This document shows, one piece after another, positions 19,748-27,046 of a stretch of 64,000 nucleotides of DNA. A program made the translations under genes and the position numbers. Each line of letters begins with the position of its first letter. The first letter of the stretch is position 1. Source of the DNA: Candidatus Poseidoniales archaeon (GTDB lineage Archaea > Thermoplasmatota > Poseidoniia > Poseidoniales > Poseidoniaceae); contig QQSK01000012.1 in assembly GCA_003602415.1 (NCBI GenBank), forward strand, positions 9,841 to 73,840, written 5' to 3'. The notes below the pieces were generated by a model that was not told the DNA's origin, searched no databases, and was given only the letters and a program-made list of their open reading frames with translations.

Positions 19748-20020
19748 TCAAAGTAGGCCCATTGAAAGAACTTCAATTTCTCCGGTTCCACGTATTGCAC
19801 GCATATTTTCTTCGAAAATATCAGACAATCCTGAACCATCGTTCATTACGACATGAACTTGAATGAATTTTAATCCAAATGCAAGTGGCTTAGTTTCACA
19901 CATTTGAACATCGTATGTGTCATCCTTCAATGCTAAGATTTGAGCTGCTATATCATCCGCTGAAACATCGTCAACATCTGAATCTGGCATGACTTTGTAA
20001 GTTAATGCAACCATTCCCAT
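19748..20020 (-). CDS. ef1b: Translation elongation factor aEF-1 beta
   Basis: About 89 aa, YKVMPDS...PLAFGLKFIQVHVVM.D. Sits next to the conserved Zn-ribbon partner gene. Confidence 0.85.
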   Translation of the reverse strand: MGMVALTYKVMPDSDVDDVSADDIAAQILALKDDTYDVQMCETKPLAFGLKFIQVHVVMNDGSGLSDIFEENMRAIRGTGEIEVLSMGLL

Positions 20021-20037
20021 AATATCACCAATTTAGT

Positions 20038-20205
20038 TCAAGGACCCTGGAATCCGCAATCTGTGCAGATGTATGCTACACCTTGGTTTCGGCAGCGAGG
20101 ACTGCGGCCAATAGATGTGCCACAGGCAGGGCAAGGGAAAGTGGTTGATCCTTTGTCGACCAAAGGGACTCCGGAAGCGGTGCAGACGGTTGCTCGCTCA
20201 GACAT
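20038..20205 (-). CDS. Zn-ribbon RNA-binding protein (COG2888-type, usual neighbour of aEF-1beta); 55 aa, below the ORF-track cutoff
   Basis: My translation is MSERATVCTASGVPLVDKGSTTFPCPACGTSIGRSPRCRNQGVAYICTDCGFQGP*. It has CPxC and CxxC pairs. Confidence 0.7.
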   Translation of the reverse strand: MSERATVCTASGVPLVDKGSTTFPCPACGTSIGRSPRCRNQGVAYICTDCGFQGP

Positions 20206-20270
20206 GATATTACACCTCAGTGCAGCACGGCCACGACCTCTCCCTCTTTATGCTTGCGCGGAAAGGAATG

Positions 20271-20666
20271 TCATCTATCTAGTATGGAAAGAGTTCCATT
20301 CTTGCCTGTTGAAACTACTAATTCTCCGCTTCTAGACCTACACCAGCCATTCTCTATTCGTATTATGTCGCCTGTTTTTACTCTCTTTACTTGGTCATCC
20401 CAAAGAACGATTCCAACGATTCCGGTTTCATCTCTACCACACGCTGCAGCTAATGCGCCACAATAATTTGGCGAATTTACCAAGCGCCTCGGATATGTGC
20501 GTAAAATCACTAATTCCAATCGTGAAACTTGCTGGTTTGCATTCAACTCTGAAACTCTTTGTCGACTATTTGTTGACGGGGATTTTGCAGATTCTTGTTT
20601 CATATTTTTTAGAATTGATTTTTTGGCATCGTCTAAATCTCTGGGCTTGTCGCTACTTATTGGCAT
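20271..20666 (-). CDS. Single OB-fold nucleic-acid-binding protein (RPA/SSB-like)
   Basis: DETGIVGIVLWDDQ...KTGDIIRIENGW......LVVSTGKNGTL is the classic RPA-type OB pattern. The N-terminus is basic. Confidence 0.55.
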   Translation of the reverse strand: MPISSDKPRDLDDAKKSILKNMKQESAKSPSTNSRQRVSELNANQQVSRLELVILRTYPRRLVNSPNYCGALAAACGRDETGIVGIVLWDDQVKRVKTGDIIRIENGWCRSRSGELVVSTGKNGTLSILDR

Positions 20667-20730
20667 GGAACTAAAATCAAACCCTTAAGCGACTTAAAGG
20701 ATTCCTAGAGAGCAAAGTAAAAGTGAAAAT

Positions 20731-21474
20731 TTACTCCTCAGGAGTATTCTTTCTTCGAACTGTGAAAGTAGATTTGGCAGGTTCAACATCATCAAGGGGT
20801 TCAGGGCCTCCCTGACGTTCTTCGAGAGCACTTTCGAATGCAGGCCGAATCTCCCAATCTGGACCTCTCTTTGGGGTATGAAATTTACAGATTAGGTATA
20901 CTTCTGAAGATGAATTACGACTAGCCATTGGGGAAAAACGCTTGACTGTTTGGAAGTGTGGGCGAACTAATTGTATCAATTCTTCAACACCGACACCTTG
21001 GAATAACTTAGTTACGAAATGACCACCATACTTCAGGATAGGTAATGCAAAATCAAACACGTCTGCTACCAGCATAAGAGATACTGCTTGATCAATATCC
21101 CATTTACCGGTAATATGTGGAGAAATATCTGAAACTACTACATCGATAACTTCTGTATCGATTGCATCCAATACTGCCTGCTGAGTGAATGGTTCCGTAA
21201 TGTCGCCAACAATCAGATTTGCGCCTTCAACTGGCACACACGATTGTAAATCAACACCGACAACTTTCCCTTTTGTTCCGACCAATTCAACAGCGACTTG
21301 GGCCCAGCCCCCAGGGTGGCAACCAACATCTAAGACACTGTCTTCTAACTTGATTATGTTGTGACGTTCCTGTATCTGTTTTAGTTTGAAAGCAGAACGA
21401 GCACGATAACCGCTAGCCTTTGCTTGCTTACGCCAAGCATCGCGTTGATGATCTTGAACCCAGCGGTCTACCAT
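20731..21474 (-). CDS. rlmE: 23S rRNA (uridine-2'-O)-methyltransferase RlmE/FtsJ
   Basis: GYRARSAFKLKQIQERH followed by VLDVGCHPGGWAQV and DVVVSD. I prefer the internal ATG at 21474. Confidence 0.85.
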   Translation of the reverse strand: MVDRWVQDHQRDAWRKQAKASGYRARSAFKLKQIQERHNIIKLEDSVLDVGCHPGGWAQVAVELVGTKGKVVGVDLQSCVPVEGANLIVGDITEPFTQQAVLDAIDTEVIDVVVSDISPHITGKWDIDQAVSLMLVADVFDFALPILKYGGHFVTKLFQGVGVEELIQLVRPHFQTVKRFSPMASRNSSSEVYLICKFHTPKRGPDWEIRPAFESALEERQGGPEPLDDVEPAKSTFTVRRKNTPEE

Positions 21475-21547
21475 GGTGCACCCTCCAACCTTTCGGGGTA
21501 GCATCTCCATGATAACTTCATGGACGAGTTACGACTGGATTTGGGAT

Positions 21548-22351
21548 ATGAGGCAGTTAACAGTCACTTTGGTGCTAGTTCTTTGCCTAACATCTACAAC
21601 CTCTGCTTTAGTTGAGGAAAACTCTGGCCCACATTGGTTGAAAAGGACAATTTTAGTCGAAGAAAGAACTGCAATATGGTGTCCTTCATGTGCAGAAATC
21701 GACCCTGAGTTGGAAATAGTAGCCAAATCTCATGGTGCTCGAACTGCGATAATCGGGTTACATGTTGATGATGAGTTTGAGAATAACGCTAGTCTAGCTC
21801 GCATACAATATCAAATGCAAATCGATAGTGAGCAATATGGAACTCCTACATTCTTTGTTGATGGAGTCAAAACTGCAGAAGGTTATGATGCATGGAGTGA
21901 GGTTCAGAAACGAATCCTAACCCAAGAAAACTCTCGTGAGAGTCCAGAAGATATGGCATTAGAGATCATAGATGGAAGTTTTGAAATCCCAACTCCGGAA
22001 TATGGCCAAATCACAGTTATGGTCCTTGAGCACGACAAATTAGTACCTGAGGGCGCAGATAATTCTGGAGAAGATACCAGAGACAGAGTTCTGATTGGAA
22101 TGATAGTTAGAGACATATCTGGAAATAATACACATTATGGTGATTTGTCATTGCCCGAATCCTGGTCTGTGGTAATGATACATGAGCCTGTAGAAGGAGG
22201 AGTCCCATATGGTGTCGTCGAGATTTCGAATTTGGAATATGACGATGATAAGGATAATCAATTGATGATTATTGTATTTACATCGATTTTCTTGGGTGCT
22301 TTGCTGGTATTTAGTCCAACCAAAAAATCCCTTAATTCGGAAGAAGAGTAG
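21548..22351 (+). CDS. Secreted, C-terminally anchored thioredoxin-fold protein (WCPSC)
   Basis: Signal peptide MRQLTVTLVLVLCLTSTTSA. Active-site-like AIWCPSCAE. C-terminal TM followed by ...KKSLNSEEE. Confidence 0.6.
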   Translation: MRQLTVTLVLVLCLTSTTSALVEENSGPHWLKRTILVEERTAIWCPSCAEIDPELEIVAKSHGARTAIIGLHVDDEFENNASLARIQYQMQIDSEQYGTPTFFVDGVKTAEGYDAWSEVQKRILTQENSRESPEDMALEIIDGSFEIPTPEYGQITVMVLEHDKLVPEGADNSGEDTRDRVLIGMIVRDISGNNTHYGDLSLPESWSVVMIHEPVEGGVPYGVVEISNLEYDDDKDNQLMIIVFTSIFLGALLVFSPTKKSLNSEEE

Positions 22352-22459
22352 ATTTTATTGTCTTATTCAGCAATAATGTGGATAATTATTTCCGCTTTCT
22401 TACATTTGTAGACTCAATCTTACAAAACCATCATAAGGCAAGGGCACAATATTACTATC

Positions 22460-22729
22460 ATGGAACCAGCACACGAGCCTTCAGAAGATTGGGAATCGAA
22501 GAGTGTTAAGTCTTGGATGGTAGAGTATACCGTCAAAGTGGATGAAGAAACTCATAGACATCTGTCGATGATCCAAGCCAGCGACATTAGTGATGTTCAT
22601 CATCACCTGTTGCGTGAATTAAGGAAGATGTACCAAACCAGTGAACGAGTAGATGTTACCGTACATAGAATTGAGCCGGTGACTACAAACACTGATGCTC
22701 TTTACTTTGAAGGAATCTATGCTCCTTAA
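22460..22729 (+). CDS. Hypothetical small cytosolic protein (89 aa)
   Basis: ORF in an otherwise empty gap. No motif recognised. Confidence 0.4.
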   Translation: MEPAHEPSEDWESKSVKSWMVEYTVKVDEETHRHLSMIQASDISDVHHHLLRELRKMYQTSERVDVTVHRIEPVTTNTDALYFEGIYAP

Positions 22730-23253
22730 TTCGAAGTATATGTGATTACGATGTTCTGGTTATCAGCTAGAATTAGGTTTTGATATTCGGCATTTACAAC
22801 ACCGTCAACGGTCATTTCTATGGTTCCATCACGATAGTCAAAGATTCCAGTTTCATCAAAATGTTCACCCCATACATCGAAGAATACCTCTAATGGTACT
22901 TCTTCAAAAGTGTGATTTTCAACATGAATCTTACCGCTTGAATCATGGGTATGAGTCATGTGCATAGCCTCTGGGCAGGTCTGAGTGTATATTCCTGTAT
23001 TCTCTGGAATGGGGAATTCATCACCATCAATGATGATTGTCAAATATGGATGAAAATGCATATCTACAGAATGTGTAGTTAGACATTCGTTTCCAAGAGG
23101 GTGCATCTCATCTGCAGTATTTGGCAATTCAGAGGGAGAACTTTCCTTGTCATCAATCAAGTTGATTACACCTTCATACTCAAGCAAACCAACTAGAGAT
23201 GCCAAACAAACAGCGGTGAAAACCATCCACCAGCCGCCCTCTTCCATTTTCAC
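22726..23253 (-). CDS. N-terminally anchored extracytoplasmic protein with two Cys and a His cluster (HMTHTHDSSGKIHVENH)
   Basis: N-terminal TM (WWMVFTAVCLASLVGLL). The pattern H.HP.L.I.IDG..F.IP...GI....C......HTHD..G.IHVE......F..VWG is one I recall from uncharacterised proteins near Dsb-like genes. Overlaps the VKOR gene by 4 nt. Confidence 0.55.
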   Translation of the reverse strand: MKMEEGGWWMVFTAVCLASLVGLLEYEGVINLIDDKESSPSELPNTADEMHPLGNECLTTHSVDMHFHPYLTIIIDGDEFPIPENTGIYTQTCPEAMHMTHTHDSSGKIHVENHTFEEVPLEVFFDVWGEHFDETGIFDYRDGTIEMTVDGVVNAEYQNLILADNQNIVITYTSN

Positions 23254-23954
23254 TCCTCCTCAGAAGTTACCTTTGGTGCAACATAGCCACCACGCTTGCG
23301 TCTTTCACGGGTTGCTGATTCAGTGCCTGTGGATGAATTGGTGCCAATCCAATCACTGGTGCCATACATAGAGGAAAGTCTCACTAAACCAATTGCACCT
23401 GCAATGTGTGCTACGTGAGCAGTGGTACAGAATTGACAGATCTTTCCAATCTCATATTCTGCATACATTAGGTAGAAAATAATACCAATTCCCAGGAATG
23501 CAAAGTTTGTTCCAATCTTCAAATTGGTCAAAACCCAAGATGCTGCAGGTTCCTTAGCGATTGAAATTACAATCCATAGGAACAACGCAAATGCAAGCAT
23601 TCCAAGAAGTCCCCAAGGTAGACCGATGAATGGAACTGTATTCCAGTCATTATTACCGATTACACTAGCGCAATCACAAACTGTTCCTGCTGAGCAGAAT
23701 GCTCCACCACCCATCTCTTGGGATTTATTGTGCATCCATAATGTGTGAGCAGAAACTGTAAATCCACTGAACATAATTAGTATCAGACCCGCCATTGTGC
23801 GACCAAATTTAGTGTCCAATGAAGGCCACTTGGAGCGCATTGCAGGAATAGCTAATGTCATACCCAAAGGCGTCAAGAACCCTATTCCTATGATTAATAA
23901 TATCAGATGAGGCATCAAGTTTGCATCAAAGCATTCCAGACCAGCAACCATCAT
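23250..23954 (-). CDS. Vitamin K epoxide reductase (VKOR)-family membrane thiol oxidoreductase
   Basis: About 5 hydrophobic segments. A loop Cys cluster FCSAGTVCDC precedes IGLPWGLLG. A CQFC pair sits at the start of the last helix. Confidence 0.65.
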   Translation of the reverse strand: MMVAGLECFDANLMPHLILLIIGIGFLTPLGMTLAIPAMRSKWPSLDTKFGRTMAGLILIMFSGFTVSAHTLWMHNKSQEMGGGAFCSAGTVCDCASVIGNNDWNTVPFIGLPWGLLGMLAFALFLWIVISIAKEPAASWVLTNLKIGTNFAFLGIGIIFYLMYAEYEIGKICQFCTTAHVAHIAGAIGLVRLSSMYGTSDWIGTNSSTGTESATRERRKRGGYVAPKVTSEEE

Positions 23955-24607
23955 GCATCACCTCTTGGGATTTTTTCTTCCATAGCATCCCAAATTGCAT
24001 AATTTGCATCAGCTTCAGGAGTTGCATATTGGATTATACCTGCAGGATCTATCAAGAAATATGTGGGAGTTCCAAGCCTACCCCAATCGTCCTCATGGGA
24101 ATTGTCTTGACTGTCCATGTACGGGAATGTATGACCATAAGTAGAAGTGAAGTCTTGGATTACAGTTCTGCCATAATCTTTACCTTCTGTACCTTCACTC
24201 CATAATGAAATTGATACTGCTAAAAATTCAACATTTACGTTTTCAGGAGTTGAACGTGAGTTCTCGCCATTGCCAAGCCAGTAAGCTTGGGCTGATGGGA
24301 AATCTTCCTGTGCTGCCTTCTGACAGTAACCGCAGTTAGTGTCCATGAATTCCACCATGGTCCAAGTACCTGGTTCTCCTTCTGTCCAATTTGAATTAAT
24401 GTTGTCAGCCAAATTGTATTCGACCCAATTATTGCCATTCCAAACTTGGCCTTCCAGGTCAGGAGCCCTATCTCCAACACCTATACCTGTGTATACGGGA
24501 TTTGTAGTTAGTGCGATGTATGTAAATGCCGTAATAAAAATCACAGATACGATCATCAATCCATCCGAACGTGCTCCAGCCTCAGTGCATATGTTTCTTC
24601 TTTGCAT
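23951..24607 (-). CDS. Membrane-anchored TlpA/redoxin-like thioredoxin-fold protein (CGYC)
   Basis: N-terminal TM (LMIVSVIFITAFTYIAL). Motifs MVEFMDTNCGYCQK and GTPTYFLID. Confidence 0.7.
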   Translation of the reverse strand: MQRRNICTEAGARSDGLMIVSVIFITAFTYIALTTNPVYTGIGVGDRAPDLEGQVWNGNNWVEYNLADNINSNWTEGEPGTWTMVEFMDTNCGYCQKAAQEDFPSAQAYWLGNGENSRSTPENVNVEFLAVSISLWSEGTEGKDYGRTVIQDFTSTYGHTFPYMDSQDNSHEDDWGRLGTPTYFLIDPAGIIQYATPEADANYAIWDAMEEKIPRGDA

Positions 24608-24611
24608 GATT

Positions 24612-25556
24612 TCACCCCATTATCTCCTTGATTAGGACCCTAGTGGTGTGTGCCACCGCTTCTTCGCTATCATAGTTGACCTTGAATCCCAAGTCTTTGA
24701 GTCGATTAATTGCTAACATTGCCTTAGGAATATCTCCTGCCCAACCACGGTCTCCTCCAGTATATTCGATACTCGCTCCTTCACATCCGGTTTCACGAAC
24801 AACTATCGCAGCAATATTTCTAACACTACAAGTGTCATTAGAACCTAGATTGTACAGATTAATTCTGTCGTTTGTATTTTCTATAACATGCAGGATTGCA
24901 TCCACGCAATCCCCAACTTCCATGTAGGATTTTTCTTGTAAGCCGTTACCTAAAACTTCCAAACGGGAAGGATCTGCTTTCAACTTGTGAATGAAATCAA
25001 AAATTACACCGTGTGTTCCTCTTTCACCAATGATATTTGCAAACCTGAAAATCCAAGCCTGCAATCCAAATGTCCCTACCCAAGAGCCAATCAAACCTTC
25101 ACCCGCTTGCTTAGAGGCACCGTACAATGAAATTGGTAAGCATGGACCATGATTTTCGGGAGTTGGCATTGGAGCATTCTCTCCATAAACTACCGAAGAT
25201 GATGCAAAAGCAATTTTTTCAACATCTGCTAGACGCATAGATTCTAAGACATTGTAAGTAGCGATTGTTCCTTCTTTAAGGTCAGTGTCTGTAATTCTAG
25301 TGCCTAATCGAATATCAGGATTAGCTGCTAAATGATAAACGATGTCTACGCCAACCATTATCGGTTTCAAAGATTCTAAATCTTTCAAGTCAACATTATG
25401 GAAATCAACTTTACCAGAATCGATGTGCCCCTGGATAAAATCCAGAATACCAGAAGAGAGATTGTCAACGACTACAACGCTATCTCCTTGAGCGATTAAT
25501 CGGTCAACTAGATGTGAACCGATGAATCCGGCTCCCCCTGTAACTAGTGCTCGCAT
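24612..25556 (-). CDS. NAD-dependent epimerase/dehydratase (UDP-sugar 4-epimerase-like SDR)
   Basis: MRALVTGGAGFIGSHLV and YGASKQAGE (YxxxK). Confidence 0.9.
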   Translation of the reverse strand: MRALVTGGAGFIGSHLVDRLIAQGDSVVVVDNLSSGILDFIQGHIDSGKVDFHNVDLKDLESLKPIMVGVDIVYHLAANPDIRLGTRITDTDLKEGTIATYNVLESMRLADVEKIAFASSSVVYGENAPMPTPENHGPCLPISLYGASKQAGEGLIGSWVGTFGLQAWIFRFANIIGERGTHGVIFDFIHKLKADPSRLEVLGNGLQEKSYMEVGDCVDAILHVIENTNDRINLYNLGSNDTCSVRNIAAIVVRETGCEGASIEYTGGDRGWAGDIPKAMLAINRLKDLGFKVNYDSEEAVAHTTRVLIKEIMG

Positions 25557-25718
25557 GTTTGGTCGCCTGCATTACTTCGCTTTAATACTCAGTATCACTG
25601 ACTAGATTTACTTTCATGCTACCTCTGATAGAAATCAACATGGTCCTTTGGCGAAACATGATGTTTGTAGTGTTAGGAACGGCACTGCAATAACCAAAAA
25701 GTTCCAGGAGTTGAAAAT

Positions 25719-25970
25719 ATGCCAAAAGCAAACCAAAAAAACGAGCAAGAAAATGAAAACATGAACACAACATTAGTTGGATTTGTAAGAAAATCCAATG
25801 CGGGAAGAGCTGTGAAATTATCAATAAACACTAGCGCTTTCCAAGATTGTGCAACCTATGTGACAAGCGATGGACAGACATATGTCCAATTAATTGTTAG
25901 CTTGAATGCCTTGAATGGAATTATTGAAGGTACAAAAGCTGTAACTTCAATCAACCATCTAAATGATTGA
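25719..25970 (+). CDS. Hypothetical small protein (83 aa) followed by a strong stem-loop
   Basis: GGAG lies about 10 nt upstream of the ATG. ORF is isolated between divergent and tandem genes. No motif recognised. Confidence 0.5.
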   Translation: MPKANQKNEQENENMNTTLVGFVRKSNAGRAVKLSINTSAFQDCATYVTSDGQTYVQLIVSLNALNGIIEGTKAVTSINHLND

Positions 25971-25977
25971 GACTAGA

Positions 25978-26005
25978 AAAGCCCGCTCCTAACGGGGCGG
26001 GCTTT
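25978..26005 (+). terminator. GC-rich 12-bp stem / UAAC tetraloop hairpin ending in TTT
   Basis: AAAGCCCGCTCC-TAAC-GGGGCGGGCTTT, with one G-U pair. Starts 8 nt after the stop of 25719..25970. Confidence 0.5.
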
Positions 26006-26078
26006 ACCTCTCTATAATGCGATTTTACTGTGAGATGTAGCCGAATCACATATATTGGAGCCGAAAACACGATTGCAC

Positions 26079-27011
26079 ATGGACGAGGTCGTCAACAGTT
26101 CTTTGAAAATTGTTGCAGGCTTGCCGATGTACAACGAAGAAGAGACGATTGGAACCGTTGTCACTCAAGTAAGAGATTTCGTAGATCATGTCATCTGTGT
26201 TGATGATGGATCCTCAGATTCAAGTGCTAGAATTGCTGAATCATGCGGAGCTATTGTCCATCGTCACAGAGTTAACAGAGGTTATGGTGGAGCGCTCAAG
26301 ACATTATTTGCAAAGGCTAGAGAAATGGAGGCCGACTGCTTGGTAATCTTAGATAGTGATGGTCAACACGAGGCTGCTGACATACCCAAATTACTCGAAC
26401 CAATTTTAACGGATGAGGCTGATTTCGTAATAGGAAGTCGATTCATTGATGGAGGTGGCAGTGAAGATATGCCAGCTTATCGTAGATTAGGCATTAAGGT
26501 AATCACAGCAGCATCAAACCTTTCAAGTGATTTAGATATTCAAGATACACAATCAGGATTTAGGGCATTTTCAAAAGTGGCGATTGAAAGATTGCGATTT
26601 GATTCTGAAGGAATGGAACTTTCGTTGGAAATGCTGGAAGATGCTCACGAAAAAGACCTGAAAATTACCGAAATCCCTACAATGATTCGTTATGATGTCC
26701 CTAAAGGTAGTAACTTCACTGCCCTATCACATGGATTTACAGTTCTAGCCTGGGCTATGATTTCTCTATCGCAGAAAAAACCTCTACTTGTTCTAGGCCT
26801 ACCTGGTTTCGGCCTATTTGCTGCAGGAGCAGCAATGGCTTTGAATGCTGTAAATGGAATTTCAGATTCAGTGGATGCTTTAGTTGGGCCCGGATTAACG
26901 GCGATATGGATCGGTGTTCTCGGTCTAGCAATGATGGCAACTGGCCTTGTATTACAGTCCGCTAGGAATTTCATTCGCCACCTTTTGATCAAAGAGTTCG
27001 GATTGGCTTGA
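26079..27011 (+). CDS. Family-2 glycosyltransferase (dolichyl-phosphate sugar synthase-like) with C-terminal TM helices
   Basis: LPMYNEEETIG, CVDDGSSDSS and ILDSDGQH motifs, with two C-terminal TM helices. The ORF could also start at TTG 26055. Confidence 0.85.
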   Translation: MDEVVNSSLKIVAGLPMYNEEETIGTVVTQVRDFVDHVICVDDGSSDSSARIAESCGAIVHRHRVNRGYGGALKTLFAKAREMEADCLVILDSDGQHEAADIPKLLEPILTDEADFVIGSRFIDGGGSEDMPAYRRLGIKVITAASNLSSDLDIQDTQSGFRAFSKVAIERLRFDSEGMELSLEMLEDAHEKDLKITEIPTMIRYDVPKGSNFTALSHGFTVLAWAMISLSQKKPLLVLGLPGFGLFAAGAAMALNAVNGISDSVDALVGPGLTAIWIGVLGLAMMATGLVLQSARNFIRHLLIKEFGLA

Positions 27012-27046
27012 AACCAGCACTAGCCGGCATAGCATTCTTGGATTGA

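Noticed and set aside
25637-25690. 17-codon hydrophobic mini-ORF (MVLWRNMMFVVLGTALQ) upstream of the 83-aa gene.
   Set aside because: It is too short and there is no RBS or conservation evidence available from the sequence alone.
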